A stretch of DNA of 63,126 bases, filler included, from Basidioascus undulatus (taxonomy: Eukaryota), in assembly GCA_000826855.1 (NCBI GenBank). It is 6 parts of 6 records of this genome, joined end to end, with 100 filler letters (N's around TTAATTAATTAA, not from the genome) between each part and the next. Parts side by side here need not be neighbours in the genome. Positions count along the whole stretch, not along the records: positions 1 to 27,473 come from JTLS01000163.1; positions 27,574 to 34,614 come from JTLS01001630.1; positions 34,715 to 41,749 come from JTLS01001631.1; 3 more parts are not named here. One strand, 5' to 3'. Shown here piece after piece: positions 23,916 to 36,986 of the stretch. The notes under the pieces are model-generated. The model was not told the DNA's origin. It saw only the letters and a list, made by a program, of their open reading frames with translations, and made no database searches. Made by a program: the position numbers and the translations under genes. Position 1 is the first letter of the stretch. Each line of letters opens with the position of its first letter.

Positions 23916-24983
23916 ATGGCATCTCTTTCACTCACGTCTCTGTGCAATATCTTCGAGACGAGCACGCTGTTGACCACGTACGTCCTCTTCGCCCAAACTC
24001 GCAGAGGGGTGGATGAGGGGGGGAGGATGGCAGATGGGTGTATGGCGCTTATTGGATACTTCAATCCCCCATTTACAGGGCTGCCGTGTTGGCCGTAGTT
24101 CTGTCCATAGGTGTAGGCAAGGCTTTCGAGAAGCCGCAGGAGCCGACCACACTGTGGGTTTGGATCGTCTGGAGCTTCAGCCACCTCCTCTTGGGCTCCT
24201 GGCTCCTCCACCCGAACCCCAAAACGACTACTCGCACTCCCCGGCTGGATGACGCCGAGCTTGCGACTCTCGCTCGCGCGATCATCGTCTTCGTTCAAGG
24301 CGCATTTGCTGACCTGAACCGGGCTGGCGCCCACCGCAACTCACGCGTCGCGGACCTTACTTCTCGACTATCGATCATCACGTCCCTCGTCCTCGAAGAG
24401 CTTCCGTCCACAGCGCATATGGGGATGCACCCGTCCCTAACTCGGCAGCGGGGTTCTCACGCTCTCGACTATGCGCCAGGAACTTGACCTGCTTGACCTG
24501 CTCAGCTCTCGCCTCTCGCATTGTCGTACCCTGACTTCCGCCATCGACAGAGTCCTGCCGCTCCTCATCGAAACAATCGCATACTTCAAAGTTTATGAAT
24601 CAGTGTGCAGGGTTCTGACCACGCCTGGGAGTTCGTCGCCGAGTCAGGTGCCTTTCATCCAGCAGATCCTCGGCCCGGGCGTGGATTTTCGGGCCCTCCG
24701 CGCTTTCACCAAGAAACTGGACGCCCTCGCTGTTCGGATTGACGCTCTCGACCTCAAGACGTTTCCCAGCCCTGCGGTCGCACCCAGCCCAAGATTCGAG
24801 GACGTGCGTGCGGTGTGGACGGCTTGTGAAGCATGTGAAGGGTTAGAGCCGCAGTGGTGGAAGAGCTTCCGCTGTTTTCGCGCATCTGGCATTCATTTTT
24901 ATGGCGGAGCGGTGGGGCGTGGTGTGGTAGGGGAGATTGGAAATCAGGCAAAGGAGGGAGTGCGCGGCATCACTGTCAACTAA
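23916..24983 (+). CDS. Hypothetical protein, about four exons, hydrophobic N-terminal region
   Basis: Consecutive coding-like ORFs (24038-24487, 24471-24983) separated by GT-AG intron-like segments. No family recognised. Confidence 0.45.
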
Positions 24984-25503
24984 TCTCATTGCGTCCATTT
25001 CACGTTTCGAGCAACTGTTATTTCCCAAGGAACTGATTTCCCCTCAGTTACACCAGTGAAAATTAAATAGGTACATGCAAGTGTAATGATAGCATCGCGC
25101 ACAGTGACACTGCGGTGGGCACTCCTGCACGATAGTTTCTCATCGATTCTTCGGAGGGGAAGTTGACTGTCACGTCTAAGAAATTATTTGGACATCCCAG
25201 GTCAAGTGTTGGCATGGAATAGAAAAACAAAAACCTTCATGCTTTGCATGCCGTTCTTTTTTCTCCCAGTTCTCGAAAGGTGAGGTCGGGCCCCATCCAC
25301 AAAACCAAAGCAACTGCCCGACAGACAAACCAAATCGCACCCTCGACCTCCCTCCCTCTCTGACAGCTCACCAACAACGCTTTCTTCGAAGCCCAACCGT
25401 CTCCCCAAAAATTGGCAGTGCAAACGTTCACTTCATTTCATGTCAACTCCATCCCCCATCCGCTTTCTGCCTGTTCCCTCCGCTCATTCGTCTTCCCCCC
25501 CCC

Positions 25504-27079
25504 TCAGCCCCGGAACGAATTCTTCATCTCCCGCAGCTTGGCCATGACCTTGACCTCGTTCGTCTCGCCCGTCGCTTTCCTACCCACCCCCACCCTCACA
25601 TTAGCTTCCCATCCCCCCTTCACCCACCCCTCTCCTGTAGGTGGATAGGAGGGTGTACAAAGCACGAAGCACGCACTGGATCGCCGGGCTCTTAAGTCGC
25701 ATGAACGGGTTATGCTTGAGCTCGTCGCCGATCGTAAACTTGCCCACGGTCGAAGCGTGCGAGTTGGCATAGTCCCGCAGGCGCTGCACGTCGGCGTTCT
25801 CGGGCTCGACGGAGGCGGCGAAGGCGACGCTGTTCCCCTCACCAAGGATCTGTATCAATCTCCTGCTCTTAAAAAGGCGAGTGAAGAAGGGGGAACGGGG
25901 AAGCGGCACCGACGCACTTCGACTTCGTATACTCATGCCCATTCCACACGATCGTGTCCTTCGGCAAGCTGGCGAGGACCTCGTTCAGCGCGTGGTTCAT
26001 CATGTGCGCATCGCCCTCGAAGAAACGCCCGCAGCCGGCGGTGAAGAGCGTGTCCCTGACGTTTCGCACTTCCATCGTCAGTCCGTCGTCTTTCAGGTCA
26101 GGGGATGGGAGAAGGGGAGGAAGGAGGGAGAAGGGGGAGGAAGGAGGGAGAAGGGGAAAGGGGAAAGGGGGAGGAGAGGGAGAGGGAGAGGAAGAGGGGA
26201 AGTAAGGGGAGAGGGAAGGCGCACCCGGTCAGCACGCCCCGCTGCTCCTGCGCCTTGTCCTCGAGGAACCACGCGAGCGAGTCTTTGGTGTGGCAGGGGG
26301 TCGCGTAGGTCCTGATTGGGTGGGCATGCAGGTTCCGTTTAGTCAAATGCCCCACGAGACGAGGAAAGGAACAGATGAGATGGCAAGGTGAAGAGGGAGA
26401 AATCTGACCCACCTAATCTTGATCCGCTCCCCCAGCCCCACCTCATCCTCATGCTTCAGCACCTTCGTAATCCCAAACGGCTTCTCCGACCCGCCGTAGA
26501 AGGGGATGTCGGGGTATGCGGCTTTCTGCTCCCTCCCCCCGGCCCCACACCTCACTTCAGCCCCTCTCCTAACACCTCACAACAGAATCAGACGCACAAG
26601 GTCCTTGTTCCCCCCTGCCCCAGCCCCGGTCGATCGAAGTTAGTCCTGTGCTCGTCGGACCTCACCCCCCTGAGGAAGAGGAAGAGGAGGGACCTGAATG
26701 GTCATGGTGGTGGTGCGTCGTAATAGACGCTGCGATCTATTGTCGCCCTTCTGTATTAGCATATCCATGTAAAGACGGGGAAGAGAGAGAGGGAAAGAAA
26801 GAGGACGCACAGTCACCCCCTCCCGCTCCGCGGCGCTCTGCACCTTCGGCACGTCGTACGCGTCCACCGCGGCTGCCTGGTTCGTCTTGTCGTCGATCAC
26901 TAGATACGCATAATTGTCCGACTGCCCTCCCAATCATCAGTACCTTCACACACCCAACCTTGCTATCTTCCCCCAGCCGCACCTGGTTCAGAACGGGGAC
27001 GACCTGCCTCTCGCCTTCTGTCAGCTGGCCCCGAAGGAGATGCGAGAGGAAGGGAGGAGAGCCGGGGACGCACACGCAT
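25504..27079 (-). CDS. GLO2: Hydroxyacylglutathione hydrolase (glyoxalase II)
   Basis: [77 protein letters not shown]. Confidence 0.95.
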
Positions 27080-27397
27080 GTTGTGAGTAGGGGTGCTGGA
27101 GAATGCTCTAGAGAAAGAGAGGGAAAGTGGACGATGGCTGGTACGAGCGAATAGGGACATGGGTGTTGGGAGGAGAGCGGGAGAAGGCGAGGCGAGAAGA
27201 CGTCATCTGAGCGAGCCTCTGTGGAGGTCACTGGCTAGCTGAGGAGGGGCTCACGGACTATTACACCTATACCTCTGTAGGATTTGGGCCTTCTTAATCA
27301 TTGGGTATGGGCCGGTCGAAATAGATGAATTGAGGAAAAACGCGAGAGGGCGACAGTCATGGGTACGGATGAGAGAAAAAGGACAAACGGTCACCAA

Positions 27398-27473
27398 GGC
27401 GAGATGGCCGAGCGGTCTAAGGCGCCAGACTAAGGATCTGGTCCGAAAGGGCGTGGGTTCGAATCCCACTCTC
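27398..27473 (+). tRNA. tRNA-Leu(AAG), 3' end cut by contig end
   Basis: TGGCCGAGCGGTCTAAGGC D-arm, CCAGA-CT-AAG-GA-TCTGG anticodon arm, long variable arm, GTGGGTTCGAATCCCAC T-arm. Confidence 0.93.
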
Positions 27474-27573
27474 NNNNNNNNNNNNNNNNNNNNNNNNNNN
27501 NNNNNNNNNNNNNNNNNTTAATTAATTAANNNNNNNNNNNNNNNNNNNNNNNNNNNNNNNNNNNNNNNNNNNN
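27474..27573. other. Artificial contig spacer (N44-TTAATTAATTAA-N44)
   Basis: 100-nt linker with stops in all six frames. Confidence 0.98.
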
Positions 27574-30500
27574 GATTGAACGAGTGAATGGGAGTGTCGA
27601 GGGACTGTTGGGAAGAGGGTGAGATGGGTGAAAAAGTCCAGGTGCGATGCAGGACACCTTTTAAGTGTTCTTGAGCTAACTGCCAAGAAAAGGTGCGGAC
27701 AGGCTTGCTCGATGAGTGTATGGGGTTTAGTTAGATCGTGGATACGGGGGCTGGCTGGCATCTTCACGGGAGAGGGCTAGCATTCATGCGGAGGCGCCTC
27801 ATGGAGCGGGTAAGTTGGACCTTGCCTACGTAATTCAACGGATCTCTTAGCGAGTTAAACAACATTCGTATGTGGCGTGAGGCAGCACAGTAGGAACCGG
27901 TGAACGCGATGAAGAAGAGGCGAGAAAGAATGCGACTAGGGCAGACGTGAGCGGCAAAGAAGCTCGAATGCGATCGGCACCATAGGCGGACAAACTAGTC
28001 TTAATCAGAACAACGAGATCTCGACCTACTGAACGTCGTTCTGGAATTTAGTACAGTCGGTCCATTCATTCAATGCTTATTCTAGTTAGCATCAGGAAGG
28101 CGAGGGGCTGGGAGGGCCATGGCGAGGGCACGAGGCGGTGCGAAATGGGAGTGGTCAGTGCGCGGAATGCAATATCGTTTGCCTTTCATTGAGACTACAT
28201 TTTACCGAGCACTGAGAGCGTGGCATTTTTTCCTAGGTGCCATGAAGCTTAGCAACGGGAGATGGATGCATCGGCGGATCGACCTCGGGCCGCGACAGCT
28301 TGGACTCCGAGTCCACAGGCGACGGTACATCAGTGCCTGTGGCACCTAGGTCGTGCCGCGGACCTCAGATGATCTCGGCCAAGATTTCAGCGGTCGAGGT
28401 CTTCAAGTGTTGTACATCTCCAATAATCCAATAACCGACAGTAACACTGATTCAAGCTTTTCTGCTTCCAGGGAGCAACGTGTGCAACCCTTGGTCCTGA
28501 CAACCAAGATGACCGCTGATCACCCTGCGGTGTATGGCAATACGAGAAGATCTGCATACCAACAAGTTTTGGAGGTTGCATTTCATCACCGAAGGTGCCA
28601 AAGGCCAGCTACCTAGGTAGGTTGCAGGCGACTAGACAGCAGCTGGGAAGAGTGCTTTCTCTCAAGGTTCGAAAGCTACTCGCTACTGCGAGGCTCCACT
28701 GCTACGGGCTCCGACGGGTGAACATTACATGTAAGAAGTATCTCGGCCTACGTTACTATGCATCGATTTAAATTATGTTTTGAGTGCCCTGCATACAATT
28801 TTTCATATTGGGGTTGTTGTCCCTCTCGTCAGTCTTTGACAAGTGAGGCTGTCGGCAACGCCGGAGCTCGCAGCGCCTGCCGCCTTCAAGCGAATTTCCT
28901 GCGATCACAAGTCTCATCAAGCATTTACTCAATCATTGTTTTCAAACACTTCATAGCTGTTTGAATCTGTTCGCCAATAACTCGAGGATCGGCTGGCTTG
29001 GGGCGAGAGGTACCACACATTGGCCGTGGAAGAGTAAACACTGTGCAGTTTTGTCTGAGGGTTACTTTTTGACCGTTTGCCTTAAAGCCACGAAGTCTAT
29101 GCAAAAATATACCAAGGGTGTTACGACTTTTTTGGCGCCGAACCCGGACGCTGGCCGTGGTCCAGGGGCTTGATCAGAGCCTCCGAGTCCGAGCGCTTGC
29201 TCCCTCGCCTGCTCCACAAGCCGGCTGTTGTTCTGTTTTGCCCTCGTACCAGTGACCCCCTCATAATCTTTCCTCCACAGACCTTTGTTTTCGGCGCCGC
29301 TCATGGCGCTTCAACCTTCTCTCGAAACGCGACCACCTCCGACTGTCACGCCCTCCTACCCTCCAGCCTCCAACTACCCTCCTGCCTCCAGCCGACAAGC
29401 GTTTGTACCGAATCCCAGCCGACAGGGATCATCCATTCCCGCCCAACCGGAAGCCGGCACGGGTCGTGTGAGAAGCGCCTGTGGGCGCCTGGGAGCGGCA
29501 GAAGCAGCGCGACGAGTTTTTGGGCGATAGCTGGATCAACATAGTCATGGCCCGGGAGCTCATACTCCTGTTCCCTTGGGAGGCTGAGGGGTTCTTAATT
29601 GTAGCAGTGTGTGAAACGCTATTGGGCGCCGGCTACTGATTACTCTTGCTCTCACAGCATGTTCGAGCACTTCTGACTAACTCCACCCTCTTGGCCCACG
29701 GGACCCTCCTCTGTCGCATTTGCAACTTCGATCACCCCTACATCGATCCTCTTCCAGGGCTTGAAGGCCCTGAGAAGCCGCTGGCCGACATTTACATTCG
29801 TCGGCGCGCTCGTCCGGCACTCGGACGAGACAGGTGCTGATCTCGAGCCTGTACGTCGATGGCTTGTCGAGCGAGCTCGCCTCTCCGTGGATCACCGCGT
29901 ACGCAGCGTATGGTCATCGCTTGTCCAGCGGGACCGTGGAGGGTGTGGGTGATGAGGAGGTGAAGCGGGCGCGAGAGCGGGTCTTTGGCTAAGTATGGGT
30001 CCGCCTCGGCGTACCTCGCAGCCCGGTCCGGCTCCGACAAGGGATGCTGCCACCGGCGACGTGGTCGCTGAGGGACCGCTAGGCAGGAGCGGCCCTCCGG
30101 TGTTCCGAGTTCGATTGCACGTCGGCGGTCAGGTCGAAGCTGGTGTGTATGCGGCGTCCCGCGCAATAGGGGGGGAGCAGGAGACGTTGGAGCTGTACTT
30201 GAAGGCTCATCCGGCCCCAGTAACTAAAACCCAACACTTGCCATCCCTTGCACGGAGCAATTTTCTGCCTTCGCGCACACCGCTCCCTCGTTTTACTCGA
30301 TCCTCTCCTTCTCACAGTCTGCGAAAGTACCGAGTGGAACGGACAGTACTGGGACTGGCTCAGAGCCTCCGTTGCCGCCTTGCCGCCTTGCTTGTTCCAG
30401 AGGTATACCATCATTTTGCTTTGCTCTTGGACAAAATATTTGATTGTGGAGACATATTTGCACTGCAAGCTTGCGCAATGGTAGCGCGTGTTTCTGGAGG

Positions 30501-30622
30501 TGGCCTGGCTCATGGTCTCCCCTTGCTGCCTTACTGCTCCAGAGGTAGACCAATGTTTGAATTTACTTTTCGGACATAATGATGTCTTTTCTTTTACAAT
30601 TTGCTAACTTAGCAAATCATAA

Positions 30623-30704
30623 GCCGTGCTGGCGCAATGGTAGCGCGTGTCTTTCCTAATTTGGTAATAGGACAAGGTTGTGGGTTCGAGTCCCACGTTC
30701 GGTA
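30623..30704 (+). tRNA. tRNA-Arg(CCT) with a ~10-nt intron
   Basis: GCGC-AATGGTA-GCGC D-arm; TGTCT-TT-CCT-A[ATTTGGTAAT]A-GGACA; GTGGGTTCGAGTCCCAC; T-run Pol III terminator at ~30717. The acceptor stem has one mismatch. Confidence 0.8.
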
Positions 30705-31023
30705 GTGGAAATCTTCTTTTTGCGTTCCTGTGTTTTTCCTTCGGGAACCCGCAACCTTTTTAGAGTGGCCCTTCGGGCGCCCCTCCCCTCTCCAGCTCCC
30801 AATATCTAGCCTGGGTATCCTCCCTTCAGTTGGTGTATTCAGCATGGGTTACCCGTACCCGTCACTCTTTCACTGCTGGAACTGTTACATTCGCAGGTCT
30901 GCTCAATACCAGTCAGTCAGCCTTTGAACGGTGATCTTGCATGGTCTTGTGTGTTCTCTTTTAGCCAGAGATAGAAGCCCGAGCACCATCGCCGTTAGCG
31001 TAGGCAGCCTGCGCGACCTTCAT

Positions 31024-31686
31024 CTACGCGCGACGGATGATGTCTCCGACGTCGCGGCAGGGCATTTTCTGGGCCATGACCTGCTGCCGCTCGCGGACGA
31101 CTCCCCCTGCGCTCTCCGGCATCTGCGCCGCTTGTCGCTCGGCGGCCTTGCGGGACCGGTCGGGTATCGCACGGTCATTTGCTGCCTCAAAACGTCCCAC
31201 GACATAGAGGTGCTCGAATCCTGGGCCCAAGCCCAATCTCCCCCACGCCTTTCCGATCTCGGGCTGCTTCCCGCTCTCGGCCGCCTTTAAGGCCTCGCCT
31301 GCAGCAGACGCGAGATCGAAGCGCATATCGGCGCCGAGGACGCGCAGAGTGCAGAGCAAGCTGGCTCGCGTCCAGTGCTATTCGCTGGGCTTCGCGCCAT
31401 CGCATACTGCTATCCTCTCATGGCACCCTTTGCTGCCCTACATGGATATTTGCGCCACTTCCGCCTTACTACCGCATAGAGCACGTCGAGCTGCGGATTT
31501 GGCTCTCCCCAGCCACCGCTCGTCTCTGGTACGAGCTTCTACGGCGTCTTCGACTGAGATAGCTATCAGAAGCCTCTCGAGTTCGAGTCGCGATCGACTA
31601 TACATGTGGAGAAGATGAAATCGTATGTCGAATTGTCTGTACTCTCCGAGAAGAGCTCGGAGTCTAATGCGGTTCAGCAGTATCAT
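31024..31686 (-). pseudogene. Possible degenerate gene remnant
   Basis: Two coding-like ORFs (82 and 111 aa) separated by a stop. No family recognised. Confidence 0.25.
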
Positions 31687-32738
31687 CTTACGGCCGCGCT
31701 CGGCGAGGTGCGCGGCCTACAGAATGTCGCGCATGCATGAGCCGTGGACATGAACCGCCGAGGGCGCATGGCTTGGGCGTACGCGCTTTCGGATTGTCTA
31801 TCAGCTCTCACTTTCTGACTCGATTCAATTTCAAGATCATGTGCGGTACACATAACCCCAGTCTGAAACGCGTCTCGCAGTGGGGCGACGAGGTCTTCTC
31901 GCTCTCTGGCACCGAGGACCCGGACAATGCGCCGTCCGTTGCGTCCGTTGCTCCAGATCCGTCGTTCCCCTTGTCTGGCGGATCTGCGATACGAGGGCTG
32001 ATGGTAGGTCCCGTTCGCCCTCCAGTCCGTCTTCCTGCAGCGGTCATTTACGTAGTGAACTTTTCAAATACTTTGCAGAGGTTGAATGACTTGCGTACTT
32101 CTCGGATGTAGTTGAAGTGATATATGCAAATGTTGTTGAAGCTCGCACGGCTGCCTCGGAGCGGCGACTGGTTGCTCTGTAAGAACTACCTTTATGTCAA
32201 GGGATGGTCAGCCGGTGCGAAGACTCGCGACTAGTGCCTGCTCGCATTGCCACGTTTCGCCTTACATGGGCCTGCCGCTGCAACCCATGGATTCAGCGTC
32301 GGTCCGCACATATCTCCGCAGCCAGCCACGTTAATGTCGTTTCGTGGGAGGGCCTCCGGACATTTGCTTGCAACAACGTAACGATCTTGAAGTAACGCAA
32401 GTTGCCTTGACGGATCACAGCCATCGTTATCACAGCTTTTTCTTTACCCGCACAGAATCAAAATGAAGGACCCTTTCTTTGTTAACTTGCCTTGGTCTTC
32501 TTCATGCCACCCAACCCACCCTCTCGAGCACGGGCAGACGTCACCCGCGAGAAACAGCCGAGTCAAGCAATGCGCCAATGTATCTCAAAAACGTAAGAAA
32601 AGTAGAAGACAATGCGGAACAAATGATAACACGAAGACAACAGGAAAATGCACCAGAAGCAAGGGAACAGATCGGTGGTGCGAAGCGGTGGTATACGATG
32701 CGATGAACGAGGGTAACGAGCGGAGCGTGAGAGGGGAA

Positions 32739-34557
32739 TCAGTGCGAGATGTACTGTCGCCGCGAAAGGTAGGATGTCAGGGCGGGGTGGATGGTGGAAA
32801 GAAGGAACGCAGGAAGGAAGGGAGGAGAGGACGCACCTGGAAGACCTGCGTGACCTCCGGGCGGCCGTATTCTGCGCGGAGGAGGTCATCGTGGTTCTTC
32901 GCCAGGCACTCATTGCTGAAGTGGTTCCACCTATCGTCCCTCCCGCGTCCCTCAGTTTCTTCTCATAACGAAAGCGGAAGAAAGACGGTTCCCCGCAACG
33001 TACGTGCTAACGTCCCCATAAAGCAGCGCGGGCGCCTTGACCGCCTGCTTTCCTCCCCTGCAGCGCTTGCACTTGAATGTGTCGTGCATGTGGCTCTTCG
33101 TGCCGTCGTGGAACTTGAACAGCTCGCGGAGGAGGTCGGCCGAGAAGTGCCGGTCCGCGTCCTCGGCCTCGTCGACGACGCACGCCGACAGGGATTGCTT
33201 GTACGCCTGCCGCATCAGGATCTGCTCCTCGAGGGTGCCGGTGCCTGTGAGCGGAAGAGAGGCGTCAGGTGTGTCTTGGGGGAAGGAGGGGAGGCAAGAA
33301 GGCGCACTGATAAAGCGGTAGACGAAGCCTGCGAAGGGAAAGTCAGTGTGTCGCCTCGGAAACACTCATCCACTCCCACCTACTCACACTGCTTCTTCTG
33401 TCCATCACGCCACACACGCGCAAGCGCCTGCTGGTCCGCAGCGGGGTTCCAGTCTTCCCCGTCCGTACTCGCATCAGCGCCGACGTCTTCCTCCCTATTC
33501 TTCACAGACGGAGGACGACGCACCGGGGTCGAACAAGATGAGCCGGTTGGCGCCGATGAGGTTGAGGCCGCAGCCGCCGGCCTTGGACGAGAGGAGGAAG
33601 ACGAACTCCTTGCCCTCGGGGTCGTTGAAGCGCTCGACGAGCTTGCCGCGCTTGTTCACCGTCATTGTCCCGTCTAGGCGGATACTGCCCCACCTGCGAG
33701 TCCAATCCCCAGTCTGTATACCACCGAAGAAGCAGAATGGGACCCGCGGGAAGGACGGAAAAGGGAGGCGATGACGCACCGCTTGTTGCGACACATCTTC
33801 TCAAAGAGGTCGAGCGTCTGCGTGTAGTTGCTGATGAGGACGATCTTGTCGTTCGTCTCCGCGCGCATCCTCTCCAAGAACCTACCCTCCCCCTCTTAAT
33901 CAGCCTCCTCCTCCCCCTCCCCTGCCACCCCAACGCACCGTTCCAGCACCACAAACTTCCCACTCCACTCCATACCCACGCCGCCGGCGCGCTTATCTCT
34001 GCGCTGGGCGAGGTACTCCTCGGGCAGCAGCTTCTCGGAGCCGGGGATGTCCGCCTCGAGGTCGAGCAGGTCCGGGTGGTTGCACAGCTTCTTGAGGATG
34101 CCGATCGCCTTGAGCGGCTGAGAGCCCTTGCCCTTGAGCAGCTTCTGGCACTCGGACGAGGAGAGGAAGAGGCGGTAGAGCGCGATTTGGAGGGGCGAGA
34201 GCGCGGTGAAGACGACGTGCTCGTACTTGATCGGGACTGCACCACCATCCCATACACCCGACATGTCAAATCACAATTCTCCAACATCGAAAACAAAGGG
34301 ACGGCGGAAGGAGAAGCTGGAGGGAAGACGCACGGTACTTGGACAGCAAGTCGTTCGTCCGCCGGATGATGAACTTGGAGACCATCCCGCCCAGCTCCTT
34401 GAGCTTCGCCTCGCTGTCCTCCTTCTGCTTGTCCGTCGCGTTCGCGTCCCGCCCCTTCAAGATTGCGTGCTCAAAGTTCTTGCGGAAGTCGCCCTTCGCG
34501 CCGAGGTACGCCGGGTTCGCAAAGTTCAGGAGCGAAAAGTACTCGGAGAGGTCGTTC
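32739..34557 (-). CDS. RAD54: Rad54 SNF2-family DNA translocase, 3' half (5' part lost at contig end)
   Basis: [112 protein letters not shown]. Confidence 0.97.
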
Positions 34558-34614
34558 TGGGGGATGGTACGTGGGAGGGCTGAAGTCTACGGAGGCCTTG
34601 GTATCGACTGCGCA

Positions 34615-34714
34615 NNNNNNNNNNNNNNNNNNNNNNNNNNNNNNNNNNNNNNNNNNNNTTAATTAATTAANNNNNNNNNNNNNNNNNNNNNNNNNNNNNN
34701 NNNNNNNNNNNNNN
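34615..34714. other. Artificial contig spacer
   Basis: N44-TTAATTAATTAA-N44. Confidence 0.98.
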
Positions 34715-35136
34715 TCGCTCGCTTCGCTTCGTTCTCCACTCTCCCTCTCCCACTTCACCTCTAATACCACTCGCCCCAACGCCGGCACCGGCACCTTCAG
34801 CAACGCGGGCGCCAAAGTCGGCGGGCACACTCGGCGGGTGTCCGACCTCGTTGCGCGGTTCGAGGCGCAGGAGCTGAAGGGCCAGGGGAAGGGAGGGAGG
34901 AGGGTGGTTACGCTGGGCGGGGGGGAGAATTGCTTGCGGGCTGGGGGGCCGGCGATGGGGAGGAGGGTGAGCGAGGGGGGTTTGGGAGACGGCGTGAAGG
35001 TGGGGAGGATGTGAGTGGGAGGAAGGAAGGGCCCCTTACAGGCTTTCTTCTTCGGTTCTCAGTTTCTCTAGGGTCGCTCGCTTCGCTTCGTTCTCCACTC
35101 TCCCTCTCCCACTTCACCTCTAATACCACTCGCCCC
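34715..35136. repeat. 63-bp exact direct repeat (34715-34777 and 35074-35136)
   Basis: TCGCTCGCTTCGCTTCGTTCTCCACT...TAATACCACTCGCCCC occurs twice, 359 bp apart. Confidence 0.9.
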
Positions 35137-36346
35137 CATCATCTGATACTAATGTCTCAAGTCCACCTATCTTCACCGTTCCTGCTGTATACTCTTCGCA
35201 GGATCAGCCCTTTCCGATATCCGTCCGCATCGTGTTGCCTTGACTTGCTTGGACATCTGATGCACTCCATCGTCTTTGAGAAAGTCAGGTGCAGAACCTG
35301 GAGACGCGGAGACTGTGGTCAGCGACGCGGCTGCGAATGAATATAACGACGTGTCTTGAGGACACATCGGAGCTACCATGAATTAATTTCAATTTCGACA
35401 GAGCCCGCTCTTCTGGAGGTATTGCGTGACAAAGCGAGGCTACACTAAAGGAGGAGTTCTAGGGCTCACTATGCGCAAGGTCGCCCGTTTACGCTAGGCG
35501 ATGTTGGAAAAAAGGTGAGCTCAACATCAACAGCTGCCAGCTTGCAGTTCACGCTGAGGAGTGGTAGCGAGTGCTTGCATATTATTGAACCCCAAGGATT
35601 ACGTTTTCCTGGAGGATCTATTAAGCCACAATCGCACAGGCCAGCTGCAGTTAGCCATTTCGTACCGTGAGCGATACTGTTGCAGTCCTCCTGAGGCATT
35701 GGAAGGCGCAGCAGTGTGAGGGCTGGAAGGCACCCAGGACTTGAATTGTAGTACCGCAGCGCTTTTTTAACCAATATACAATAAAGCTCAAGGCGAAAGG
35801 GCGACACGTGTTGGACATTGCAGTGCAGTTGGCTTTGTCGTCGGCCAGCCCGCCAGCTGCAGAGGTCAAGGCTGGTGCATGTACGTCTCATACATTAAGA
35901 AGAGTAGATTCGGTCAATATACATCCTCCTGCCTCCTCAGACGCGGGCGGTTGGTACGCTTGAGCCCGAAGATGGCGCGGAGGCTCAAGCACTACATGCA
36001 CTCTTGACCAAGGGAACGGCAGATCGACACCGCAATCTGCAGGCTTTGAGATGATTTTCCCATAATGACACAACCATGAGAAGCTCAATCCAGAAACAGA
36101 AAGGAAGGGAAAGTGAAGATTTTCCTAGACTAACATGAAACAACTCGCTGAACTCTTGCGCCTGCAGGCACCAGGGGGGCTGTGCGGCTGCGCCGAGTCA
36201 CTCGTCGATCATGCGGGGGTGCAGCACCTGATCTTGCATCGGCCTCGTCGCCTTCCAAAATACTTTTTCCAGTTCCTCTCATGCATCTCTCCCCATCTCC
36301 CTCACCTCCTCCTCCTCCTCCTCTCACCCCTCACTAACCCTCCCGA

Positions 36347-36910
36347 ATGTCCCCCGATCCTTACCTCGCGCACGTCCTCGCGCGCCTCGAAGCGGACATC
36401 GCCTTCCTCATCACGCAGGGACACCTCTCCCCCTCCGACGCGGAACTCATCCAGAGGAAACTCGCGGGGTCAAAGCCCACGGAGGGCGTGTCTGGACTGG
36501 CGAACAGGTTTTCTGGGATGCTGAGGAGGGAGTCGAGCGCGAGCGCGGCTTCGTCGGCGGCTTCGACGCCGCCGCCGCCGCCGCCGCCGCCGAGGGCGCC
36601 TACGCCCGCCGGGCCGCAGGCGAAGGGTGCGTCTGGGGGGCGCGTGTTGCTTTGTGGGGAGAGGAGATGCTCATGCTGTGTGGATGGGGCGGTGTCAGCC
36701 AAGTGGGACTACCCCGCGAACGAGGACGGCGATCTTGCCCTGCGTAAGGGGGACATCGTTACGATCTTGGAGGAGACGAACGCGGACTGGTAACTGCGTT
36801 CTCTTTCTCTTGCATGGGAGTGGGCTTTCTGACCTCCGTATCTGCAGGTGGCGCGCGCGCAACGCCCGCGGTGAGGAAGGACTCGTCCCCAGCAACCGTG
36901 TCGAGAAGCT
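36347..36910 (+). CDS. SH3-domain protein (Pin3/Lsb1-like), 3' end unresolved
   Basis: MSPDPYLAHVLARLEADIAFL, poly-Pro, AKWDYPANEDGDLALRKGDIVTILEETNADW/WRARNARGEEGLVPSNRVEKL. Confidence 0.85.
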
Positions 36911-36986
36911 GTGCGTCGCACGGTCTCTTCCTTCCCTCTCCCAGCCTCTTAACCCCTCCACGCCCTCCAATCCCTTAACCTCACAG

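Noticed and set aside
27518..27529. TTAATTAATTAA palindrome recurring every ~7.1 kb as a biological periodic element
   Set aside because: Always centred in exactly 100 nt of N padding, so it is an artificial six-frame stop linker.
29305..30300. Plus-strand ORF fragments as a gene
   Set aside because: Multiple stops and no recognisable domain; at most a remnant.
32463..33677. 404-aa + strand ORF
   Set aside because: Antisense to RAD54 exons, with no independent motifs.
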